Shown here: positions 36,502-44,291 of the stretch, piece after piece
Layout: each line of letters opens with the position of its first letter
Position numbering within the stretch: the first letter of the stretch is position 1
Virus record (IMG/VR): IMGVR_UViG_3300032820_000001
Location: 127,134 to 191,133 of that record
Strand: one strand, 5' to 3'
Origin: a virus
Length of the DNA stretch: 64,000 bases
Translations under genes and position numbers: made by a program
The notes under the pieces: generated by a model
What the model was told of the DNA's origin: nothing
Databases searched by the model: none
Seen by the model: the letters and a program-made list of their open reading frames with translations, nothing else

Positions 36502-37193
36502 GCCTCTAAACTCCTTAAAAAATCGACGGTGCTAGAGATATTATCTGCAGAGTGATGTATAGCTTCTCCTCCGGCTTGTTCAAATTGATCTATATATTTG
36601 GTGCGGTCATCAATTAAAATAGCTCGTCCTCCTGCGTCGATGATTCCCAGGTTCTGGAGGGCAGCGCCTTTTTCACCGGTAATAATTATATTATCGATTT
36701 CTGGAAAGTGATGAGATAACCATTCTTTCTTTCCTTCCGCCGAAGCATCATCAACTGGCGATGTCAACACATGTACATTTCCCAGACCTTGGGCCAAGTC
36801 CACCATTTCTTTCGCTCCGGGAAGGATTCCCATATCAGCCCACACTTGAGAATCGTTGGAAATAAGGGAAAACAAATAATCACTAATTCTCTTTTCCACT
36901 TTGGTTCTTTCTTGGCCTGCATCTTTTCTGGCTGTCATCTCTTCTAGTTCTTTGGGAGTTATTGGTGTAGTTCTTCCTTCTTCTTCCATCACCTTCTGGA
37001 GTCTTCTCAGTGCTTTTCGTTTGGATTTGGATTCGGCATAAAACTCATCTGGATTTTTATCTATTGTGCTGTTAATTAATTCTGCAACTTTGCCAGCGAA
37101 ATCAACTAACACACCATCCATATCAAAAAAGATATTAACGCCTTCGGTATCTTCATTCAAATACTGTCGCCAATTTTCCATTAAAAGTCTCAT
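36498..37193 (-). CDS. HAD-superfamily 5'(3')-nucleotidase-like protein (NT5C type) with leader MRLLMENWRQYLNE
   Basis: IFFDMDGVLVDF, VLTSP, GKKEWL..HF, ILIDDR...F..AGG.AIH. Confidence 0.85.
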   Translation of the reverse strand: MRLLMENWRQYLNEDTEGVNIFFDMDGVLVDFAGKVAELINSTIDKNPDEFYAESKSKRKALRRLQKVMEEEGRTTPITPKELEEMTARKDAGQERTKVEKRISDYLFSLISNDSQVWADMGILPGAKEMVDLAQGLGNVHVLTSPVDDASAEGKKEWLSHHFPEIDNIIITGEKGAALQNLGIIDAGGRAILIDDRTKYIDQFEQAGGEAIHHSADNISSTVDFLRSLEA

Positions 37194-37229
37194 AAAATCT
37201 CTTTTTCCCTTTAAAAACAGGTACTTACG

Positions 37230-37237
37230 TAAGTACT
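37230..37237 (-). promoter_or_regulatory. Candidate late-promoter motif AGTACTTA, overlapping the 16-bp palindrome GTACTTACGTAAGTAC (37221-37236)
   Basis: Heads the leader-gene array, 37 nt upstream of 37193. Confidence 0.5.
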
Positions 37238-37242
37238 TGATT

Positions 37243-37425
37243 TTATTGGTGTTTTTTTGACGGTTTTGGCCGCTTTTTAAACTTCTTTTCTACCTGCTCA
37301 AGACGAACCTTAATAAGCTCCGTTTCAATTTCAAGTTCTCGAAGGGTTGTGCCAACATAAGTCATCATTCCAATAACCAATGCAGTCACCACCGCTGTTC
37401 CTACTTTTGCTAAATCAATTTTCAT
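37243..37425 (-). CDS. Small protein with one transmembrane helix, a coiled coil and a basic tail
   Basis: 60 aa. Confidence 0.6.
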   Translation of the reverse strand: MKIDLAKVGTAVVTALVIGMMTYVGTTLRELEIETELIKVRLEQVEKKFKKRPKPSKKHQ

Positions 37426-37430
37426 AAAAA

Positions 37431-37438
37431 TAAGTAGT
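37431..37438 (-). promoter_or_regulatory. Candidate late-promoter motif ACTACTTA
   Basis: Lies 6 nt upstream of the start at 37425. Confidence 0.5.
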
Positions 37439-37446
37439 ATCTTGTT

Positions 37447-37650
37447 TTAAGATAGCTTCTCTAAATCGTATCTACGCTCGTAAAACGAGTAATATCCAAT
37501 CCATGGACTCTCGACAAGCCAATGAACTGTATACTCTGTTTTGTGGCTTGGTTCATAATTCACAACGATTCCGACACAATTATCATTATGGATAGATGTC
37601 CCTCTAACCAAATCTCCCACCAGAATGTCTTCGTGAATGCTATAATTCAT
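37447..37650 (-). CDS. Small SH3/KOW-like beta protein
   Basis: ILVGDLVRG...GIVV...YTVHW. Confidence 0.5.
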   Translation of the reverse strand: MNYSIHEDILVGDLVRGTSIHNDNCVGIVVNYEPSHKTEYTVHWLVESPWIGYYSFYERRYDLEKLS

Positions 37651-40005
37651 TTATTCCAAAGCTAGTGCAAAAACTTCCTCCACCGTTTCGGGAAAGAAGA
37701 ATTCAACCTCTTCTTTGATTTTATCTGGAACATCTTTCATATCCTTCTCATTTTTTGGAGGAAGGAGTATTCTTTTGATTCCTAAGCGGTGAGCAGCAAT
37801 AACTTTCTCTTTGATTCCGCCCACAGGCAGCACCAGACCGCGCAGGCTCGTTTCTCCGGTCATTGCAGTGTCCGAGCGTACCTTCTTGTCACTTAATAGC
37901 GAAACGAGTGCTGTGCTTATTGCAATGCCTGCTGAGGGGCCGTCCTTTGGGGTTGCCCCAGCTGGGAAATGGATATGGAGATCTGTTTCTTCTAAAAAGT
38001 TCTTGTTCTCTTCTTTTGTGAGGCCAAGAGCAATTGCTTTGGATCGAATTAAACTTACTGCAGTCTTTGCAGATTCGGTCATGACGTCGCCAATCTTACC
38101 AGTTAAAGTTAAATTTCCTTTGCCGGGCATTTTGGTGGCTTCGATATATAATATATCTCCCCCGGAAGCAGTCCAAGCTAAACCAGTTGAAACACCAGGA
38201 TTTCTTGCTCTTGTATCGGGCTCAACGTCAAATTTTTCTGGACCAAGAAATGTATCAAGATTATAAGTATTTATAATTTTAATGATGTGTTGCGGCTGTT
38301 CTTTTTCTTGTTCCTTGGCAACCAATGCCGCAACATAACGGCATACTTTGGCAATTTGTCTTTCAAGCCCCCGGACTCCAGCCTCTCTGGTATATTGCAA
38401 AATAATTTTATTAAGGGCGCCCGGTTTAATGATGATATTAGTATCAGAGAGTCCATTCTTTTTTATTTGTTTTGGGACAAGATGTTTGGTTGCAATATTT
38501 TCCTTTTCTTCGTATGTATATCCAGATAATTCTATAATTTCCATTCGATCACGAAGAGGCCCAGATATTGTTCTGAGACTATTGGCTGTTGCAATAAAAA
38601 GGCAATTTGAAAGATCAATTGGAATATCAAGGTAGTGATCCATAAATTCATTGTTCTGCTCTGGATCAAGAACCTCTAGCATCGCTGATGCTGGATCTCC
38701 TTTATAATCTTTGCTCATCTTATCAATCTCATCGAGTAAAAAGAGTGGGTTGTTGACGCCAATATTTATCATCGACTTTACTATTTTTCCTGGCATGGCG
38801 CCGATATAAGTTTTTCGATGGCCTCTAATTTCTGATTCATCGCCGACGCCGCCGAGAGAAACTCTTTTCATTTTGCGACCTAAAGCTTGGGCAATTGATT
38901 TTCCTAGCGAAGTTTTGCCAACTCCAGGTGGCCCAACCAAACAAAGGATTGGCCCTTTCATATCGTCCTTTAATTTACGGACAGCAAGATATTCAATAAT
39001 TCTATCCTTAACGTCGTCAAGGCCATGGTGGTCATCGTCAAGTTGTTTTTTCACATCTGTCAATTTTAGACTATCGCGGGTATAAACATCCCAGGGAAAA
39101 TCTAAAATAGTTTCAAGATAATTTAGAGAAACATTATATTCCGCCTGATTTGGCTGCATATTACGCATCCTCTTAATTTCTTTCGTGGCTGTCTTAACAA
39201 CCTCATCAGGTAAATCAATGTTTTTCATCTTTTCCTTGAAAACATTTAACTCATCATTTTCTTCGGCGCCTTCGCCAAGCTCTTGATTAATTGCTCTGAG
39301 TTGTTGGCGCAAATAATATTCTCTTTGATTCCTTGAAATTTCTTCTTTAACTGATGTATTAATTTTATCTGAGAGGACGAGCATTTCGTGCTTTCTTCCT
39401 AAAATTTCCATGGCCTTTATAACTCTTTGGCTTACATCATATGTTTCCAGTACTGCTTGTCTTTCCTCAACCGCTTCACCTAAGTTTCCTGCTACCACGT
39501 CGGCCAAGACCCCAGGATCTTCGATGGTATCAATAAAGTTCTTGACGCTTGAAGGAATTTCAGGGAGAGCAGAAATAATATCGAAAGAAGTTTCTCTTAA
39601 AGTTTGAAATAGTAATTGAAGTTCACTTGAATTCGATGAAGGTGGAATTTCAGGATATTCTACTGCTGCAGTAAAGAACGGTTCTGAGGTATTCATTTCA
39701 CTATATTCAATTCTTCTTATTCCCTCGATAATTACATTATAATTACCATCGGAGGTTTTAGAAAATTTTATAATTTTCGCTAACGTTCCAACTTTATATA
39801 AATCTAAATCAATTGGTTCTTCAACCTCTACGTCTTTTTGAGCCACGACGCCAAATTCAGTTCCCGTCTTGATAACTGCATTGATTAATTTTAAAGATTT
39901 CTCTCGACCAATTAAAAGAGGCATAACTGTGCCAGGAAAGAACACTGCATTTTTTAAAGGCAGGATAGGTATTAAATTGTCTTTTCCTTTATTTATTCCA
40001 AACAA
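37651..40005 (-). CDS. lon: ATP-dependent Lon protease (full-length LonA type)
   Basis: N-domain LPLKNAVFFPG, Walker A GPPGVGKTS, LLDEIDK, GPLRDRME, catalytic Ser in KDGPSAG and Lys in VGGIKEK. Confidence 0.96.
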   Translation of the reverse strand: MFGINKGKDNLIPILPLKNAVFFPGTVMPLLIGREKSLKLINAVIKTGTEFGVVAQKDVEVEEPIDLDLYKVGTLAKIIKFSKTSDGNYNVIIEGIRRIEYSEMNTSEPFFTAAVEYPEIPPSSNSSELQLLFQTLRETSFDIISALPEIPSSVKNFIDTIEDPGVLADVVAGNLGEAVEERQAVLETYDVSQRVIKAMEILGRKHEMLVLSDKINTSVKEEISRNQREYYLRQQLRAINQELGEGAEENDELNVFKEKMKNIDLPDEVVKTATKEIKRMRNMQPNQAEYNVSLNYLETILDFPWDVYTRDSLKLTDVKKQLDDDHHGLDDVKDRIIEYLAVRKLKDDMKGPILCLVGPPGVGKTSLGKSIAQALGRKMKRVSLGGVGDESEIRGHRKTYIGAMPGKIVKSMINIGVNNPLFLLDEIDKMSKDYKGDPASAMLEVLDPEQNNEFMDHYLDIPIDLSNCLFIATANSLRTISGPLRDRMEIIELSGYTYEEKENIATKHLVPKQIKKNGLSDTNIIIKPGALNKIILQYTREAGVRGLERQIAKVCRYVAALVAKEQEKEQPQHIIKIINTYNLDTFLGPEKFDVEPDTRARNPGVSTGLAWTASGGDILYIEATKMPGKGNLTLTGKIGDVMTESAKTAVSLIRSKAIALGLTKEENKNFLEETDLHIHFPAGATPKDGPSAGIAISTALVSLLSDKKVRSDTAMTGETSLRGLVLPVGGIKEKVIAAHRLGIKRILLPPKNEKDMKDVPDKIKEEVEFFFPETVEEVFALALE

Positions 40006-40034
40006 AATTTAACTCTCTTTCTCTAATGGTTACA

Positions 40035-40042
40035 TAAGTAAT
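40035..40042 (-). promoter_or_regulatory. Candidate late-promoter motif ATTACTTA
   Basis: Lies 30 nt upstream of lon. Confidence 0.45.
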
Positions 40043-40066
40043 TATGCTGGAAGTAGGGCAACCATC

Positions 40067-40432
40067 TTATTTTTCTTCATCAAAGTATGGGTCTGGATTA
40101 AAACCCTTCAGTAGTTCCATCCATTCGGCACTTTTCAATCCTAAAAAGTTCTGAGCTTCTGCTTTTGAATGGCAAGCACTAAGCGCATATTTAATAATAG
40201 CATCTTTAACGATTAAGTCAAGGTATTTATAAATAGGGATTCCATACATTTTATTGCCAGCTGCTTTTGCTGCCAACTCTAATTTAAGAGAGATCACCTC
40301 TTCTAGATTGAGAGAATTTAACATTGACTCAAATTCATCAGTTGTTTTTTTCTTTCTTCGAAGAGATTTAGATACTGAGTAGTTTTTATTTGTACCTTGA
40401 AAATGCTTATTGTTTTTCCATGTTTCTTTCAT
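40067..40432 (-). CDS. Putative DNA-binding protein with a C-terminal Fis-like HTH
   Basis: DAIIKYALSACHSKAEAQNFLGL resembles the Fis/NtrC-type AL......K..AA..LGI motif. Confidence 0.55.
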   Translation of the reverse strand: MKETWKNNKHFQGTNKNYSVSKSLRRKKKTTDEFESMLNSLNLEEVISLKLELAAKAAGNKMYGIPIYKYLDLIVKDAIIKYALSACHSKAEAQNFLGLKSAEWMELLKGFNPDPYFDEEK

Positions 40433-40543
40433 AGTATTTATTCTATAGTATTAATATTATTATAATAATTTAATTAATAATAAATTATATATTAGTAATA
40501 AGCATATATGCAGATCTGCTTAATTGCTTAGGTTAGTATAATC

Positions 40544-40572
40544 ATTATGCATCAAGTCTCAGGATTTGTAAA
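40544..40572 (-). promoter_or_regulatory. sigma70-type promoter upstream of the Fis-like gene
   Basis: TTTACA (40572-40567), 17-bp spacer, CATAAT (40549-40544). Confidence 0.6.
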
Positions 40573-40636
40573 GAACTTTTTTCAATATATCTCCTCAGTA
40601 AACAAAATAATTAATTTTGTTCTTAAAACACCACTT

Positions 40637-40665
40637 AAAAAAATAGCAGGCGATTTGCCTGCTAT
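40637..40665 (-). terminator. Intrinsic terminator
   Basis: ATAGCAGGC-N5-GCCTGCTAT stem followed by a T tract on the minus strand, downstream of the 1000-aa gene. Confidence 0.85.
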
Positions 40666-40700
40666 GCTAAGGAAAGGGTGAGGTTGAAGATTTAAATCGA

Positions 40701-43700
40701 TTAAATCGCTGCTTCTTCGCCGCCTAGTTCAAAATCTTCTTCGGCTCCCATCGCTGCTTCGTCTTCACCAGCGGCTGCCTCTTGATCATAGATTTCACTT
40801 TCAGGTTCGTCGACAACATTTGCCAATTCATCTTCAAACTTATCAAAATAAAGTTTTAAGTTTGCGATGAGGTAATCATAAAAAAGATCCTGGTCTTTTG
40901 GATCAGATAATCTTCGGTAAGACTCAACAATGTTGGTTTCAATTCTTTCCCAAGTTCCCATTGCAAAATTTCGACCGGTCTCATCTTCACCTTCGAGCGC
41001 GAAGTCTTGCTCTTCTTCTGCTTCTTCTGTTTCTTTGTCGTTGGCCTTGGGATCAATATCAATAAATTTATCTCCCGTATCCACCGCAACTTCAATCTCT
41101 TCGTTGGCATCGCCGGTCTCTTCGAGCGACATTTCATCTTCATCGGGAGTATCTAGAATTTCAATACCATCGCTAGCACTGGAAGTTATATCTGGAGATA
41201 AGGAGTTTGCTACCGCATTTATAATATGCGCTCTATACGATTCCCGCTGTTCTGACGTAGTTGTTAAACTTTTATAATCAGGCTCAATAACGGGGATAAT
41301 CCTCTTCAGAAGTTGTTCTAACTCATTAATACCGGTATTTGCATACGGAGCATCCTTCATATCTTCTTGGACCATTTTTCTAATCGCCAGCCGCGCTTCA
41401 GATTCTCTTAAGAATTCTTTTTTCTTAATTCCTCGAAGAATGCCCCGAATGTTTTCGCGCAGAGCGAGCTCTTCAATAAATTTCTTTCTGTCAATTGTGT
41501 GCATTTCGTCTAGCTCCTCTTCTCTAATTAGTGATTCCGTTTCTTTATTACCAATGCCGGGGCCAGCAACGTTGCCACCAGCCATGCTGCTAACTTCTCT
41601 CATTCCAGTCTTACTCCTTTTCCAGTTAGTGAGAAAATCTACTATTTCTTCTTCTGGCATACTTTCGATACTATCAACAAAGGCATCAGCGGCCTCTTGA
41701 TCAGGGAGAGACTTAATATAATCAAACATTTCGTGGGCCATCATTTCTTTTCCTGTGTATGATTCTGGCGCATCTACTCCGCCGATAATTTCATTAAGTT
41801 TATTTTCCAGCGGCCAACGCTTGGAGGTAGACTTTATAATATTCATAATAGTTTCAGCACTCACACCATCCGGCTTATATTTTTCTACGTCACTTAAATC
41901 TTTTTCTTCTATTGCTTTTGTCATTGCATCCCGAAAGTCAGTGGCGCTGATACTCCCAAGCGGTTCGCGAGGTTTATTAATTAATTTGAGGTTCGATCCC
42001 TCTGGCGCTTCGTATTTTTCTTTCATGTCGTCGAACCTTTTGATATCTCCAGCATCTTTGGTGCTGACGCCCACTACCACGCTTTTTTCTTCACCCTTCT
42101 CAGCAATATCCGCTAGATAATCATGAGTAAAGGCCAGTGGATTATTATACCCCTCCTTCCAGATGGGTATAACCTCTATTTTGCCCTTGAGTCCAGCATT
42201 TTCAATATATAAATCTAAAATCCTTTTTGCGGCATCTGGTTGCACTTCAAGTTTGACCCCCTGTGAAGGTAATTTGATAAATCGGATTGATTTTTCTTTT
42301 GTGGGTTTTGAAATAAGAACAACAACTTTGTTGGCGTCGTGTAATAGGTAATCCTTCATCAGTTGGAAATGTCCAATATGGGGAGGTTTAAATGATCCTG
42401 GAACGAGAGCAATATCTGCCTTATGTTTGTGTTCATTATCTTCGACGTCTGATTCTTCTTCTTTTAATTCTTCTTGTTCTTTCGAACCTCGGCTGCCCGG
42501 ATACTTTTTAATTCCAAGTATTTGATTTATGGGAGCGAAATTGCCAGTAAACTTATAGGTGATACCATCATAATCAAAAACAAAACCTTCGGCCGCCGTC
42601 GAAACCTGTTCTACGTCTTTAAGTTTTTTCATTTGCTTCATTAATGTCGACATTTCTTTTTCATCACTTGCTGCTTCAATTTCTGCAACCGCGTCAGACA
42701 CTCTCTTTTTGAGATTTGTTATTTCGGCTTCATTATCTAAAACAAACGCAGACTCAAGGCCCTTTAACATTTCCACAGAAAAATCATGAATGATATCTTC
42801 GAGCGGCCAGATTGCTGCTGAGTATATTTTTCCGGAACCATTTACGAGGTCTCTAATTTTATTTTTTAATTCCCCATTTTCAGGAGGAAGCATTTTATAA
42901 ATTTTAGTGAGAGATGCTCCACGAACGTGGAATATCCTCTTCATCAACTCCTTCTTCAATTCGGGGTCAAGAGGTGGGAGTAATTTATCCACGACTTCAC
43001 CGACTCGCTTGTTAAGGTAATCCCCAACCGTATTGCTCATCGTCATATCATCTTCGCTCATCAGATTATGTAATCGACTTAAAGCTTCATTTAAAATTCG
43101 GTCATCTGCAATTGCTTCAAGGTTTCTAATTGCATTAACTTCAACTTTGTATTCTTCGTCGCTTAGGAAGTCACTAACATCGTCAAGCGCATTTTCTAAA
43201 ACTTCTGCATTGCCAGACACGTCCTTGTCGACGGTGGCTCCGGATTGCTTATCAAATTCTTTGTGACCAACTCGGTGGATTGTCAAAGTCTTGTTATCGT
43301 AATTTATAACATTGGATGTTCTTGGATCTTGGACTTCAGCGTTGTACCAGATATTGGCATCGGGCCCAAAGATATCGAGCTGAGTTTCTATATGTAGGAG
43401 ATCAATGGCCTGAGAGAATATATTAAAGGCATCATTAAATGATTTTGCCAAATCCCCTCTGCCTTTAAATTTGTGGGCTAGCTCATCCGCTGTCAGACCG
43501 CCGGCTTTGATATTTCCCATGTTCCGCGCAGCTTTAGCTTTCCCGTCCTTAACAGAATAAGATACGAATAAATTCTGACCATCGGTTTTTTCAGTACCTA
43601 CAAGACTGCCCTGACTCGCTTTGATGAAGATATCTTCTATCCCGCCAAAACTAAGATCAGGGTTGTCATAGAGGTGATTCATGTGCTTGGCTACACCGCC

Positions 43701-43703
43701 CAT
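40701..43703 (-). CDS. Multidomain protein: N-terminal KxDG ligase-like (DUF6267-like) domain, HIGH-motif nucleotidyltransferase and acidic C-terminal region
   Basis: MGGVAKHMNHLYD...TEKTDGQNL...YNAEV...EGFVF...KFTG in about aa 1-400; PGSFKPPHIGH and ISATDFR at about 42410-41930; many [LI]xE motifs in the C-terminal half. Confidence 0.65.
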   Translation of the reverse strand: MGGVAKHMNHLYDNPDLSFGGIEDIFIKASQGSLVGTEKTDGQNLFVSYSVKDGKAKAARNMGNIKAGGLTADELAHKFKGRGDLAKSFNDAFNIFSQAIDLLHIETQLDIFGPDANIWYNAEVQDPRTSNVINYDNKTLTIHRVGHKEFDKQSGATVDKDVSGNAEVLENALDDVSDFLSDEEYKVEVNAIRNLEAIADDRILNEALSRLHNLMSEDDMTMSNTVGDYLNKRVGEVVDKLLPPLDPELKKELMKRIFHVRGASLTKIYKMLPPENGELKNKIRDLVNGSGKIYSAAIWPLEDIIHDFSVEMLKGLESAFVLDNEAEITNLKKRVSDAVAEIEAASDEKEMSTLMKQMKKLKDVEQVSTAAEGFVFDYDGITYKFTGNFAPINQILGIKKYPGSRGSKEQEELKEEESDVEDNEHKHKADIALVPGSFKPPHIGHFQLMKDYLLHDANKVVVLISKPTKEKSIRFIKLPSQGVKLEVQPDAAKRILDLYIENAGLKGKIEVIPIWKEGYNNPLAFTHDYLADIAEKGEEKSVVVGVSTKDAGDIKRFDDMKEKYEAPEGSNLKLINKPREPLGSISATDFRDAMTKAIEEKDLSDVEKYKPDGVSAETIMNIIKSTSKRWPLENKLNEIIGGVDAPESYTGKEMMAHEMFDYIKSLPDQEAADAFVDSIESMPEEEIVDFLTNWKRSKTGMREVSSMAGGNVAGPGIGNKETESLIREEELDEMHTIDRKKFIEELALRENIRGILRGIKKKEFLRESEARLAIRKMVQEDMKDAPYANTGINELEQLLKRIIPVIEPDYKSLTTTSEQRESYRAHIINAVANSLSPDITSSASDGIEILDTPDEDEMSLEETGDANEEIEVAVDTGDKFIDIDPKANDKETEEAEEEQDFALEGEDETGRNFAMGTWERIETNIVESYRRLSDPKDQDLFYDYLIANLKLYFDKFEDELANVVDEPESEIYDQEAAAGEDEAAMGAEEDFELGGEEAAI

Positions 43704-43709
43704 TTATCA

Positions 43710-43961
43710 CTACTCCTTATTTTCTTCAAACAATTGCACTCTTTCTTCAAGTAAGCTAACTTTCTCTTGGAGTGAAAATACCTCTTTTCTCACAGTACGA
43801 AGATTAGATTTCATATTTTCTACTAGAACTGCTTGAGACTGAGAGGTGGGCCTAATCTTTGACAGACCTTCCTTCAGTGCCCGAAGATAGGAGCCGACAC
43901 TTACGTCTTTACCTTCTCCTACGAGAAACCTTCTCGTCATTCTATAAAAATCTACCATCAA
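43710..43961 (-). CDS. Hypothetical protein with a C-terminal coiled coil
   Basis: 83 aa, coupled to the upstream gene. Confidence 0.65.
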   Translation of the reverse strand: MMVDFYRMTRRFLVGEGKDVSVGSYLRALKEGLSKIRPTSQSQAVLVENMKSNLRTVRKEVFSLQEKVSLLEERVQLFEENKE

Positions 43962-44269
43962 TCATCATCCCTTGAACCAAAAAGGTTAATTGTCCCTTTT
44001 TTCTTCTTGGTATATTTCTTTTTTGGCTTTTCAGATACAACATGTACCTCTTCTTCCACCTCTTCAACAATCAGAGCTTCTTTGGCGAGGTTTAATGCTT
44101 CCTCTTTCGCCTTTTCGGCCGCTGCATGTGCTAACGCATGTTTTTCAGCCTCTTCTTTTTTGAGAGCCTCCAATTCTGCGTTTTGTGCCGCATCTGCCTG
44201 AGCAGTTGCCGCTTTTTTTGCAGCTAATGCTGCAGCTTTCTTTTCTCGTCTTTTTCTTGGACTTGGCAT
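43958..44269 (-). CDS. Low-complexity Ala/Lys/Glu-rich protein
   Basis: 103 aa with basic ends and an AAE/KA-rich helix; AGGTGG ribosome-binding site. Confidence 0.6.
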   Translation of the reverse strand: MPSPRKRREKKAAALAAKKAATAQADAAQNAELEALKKEEAEKHALAHAAAEKAKEEALNLAKEALIVEEVEEEVHVVSEKPKKKYTKKKKGTINLFGSRDDD

Positions 44270-44291
44270 AATATATCACCACCTTTCTTTT

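Noticed and set aside
33025-37193. Repeated leader DNA as a CRISPR array or integron attC sites
   Set aside because: The repeats are protein-coding, vary at synonymous positions, are irregularly spaced and lack palindromic attC structure; no integrase is present.
40559-40585. 8-codon mini-ORF (TTG start, MKKVLYKS) behind a strong GAGGAG
   Set aside because: It is too short to support, overlaps the -35 element of the sigma70 promoter, and lies just downstream of a terminator; probably chance.
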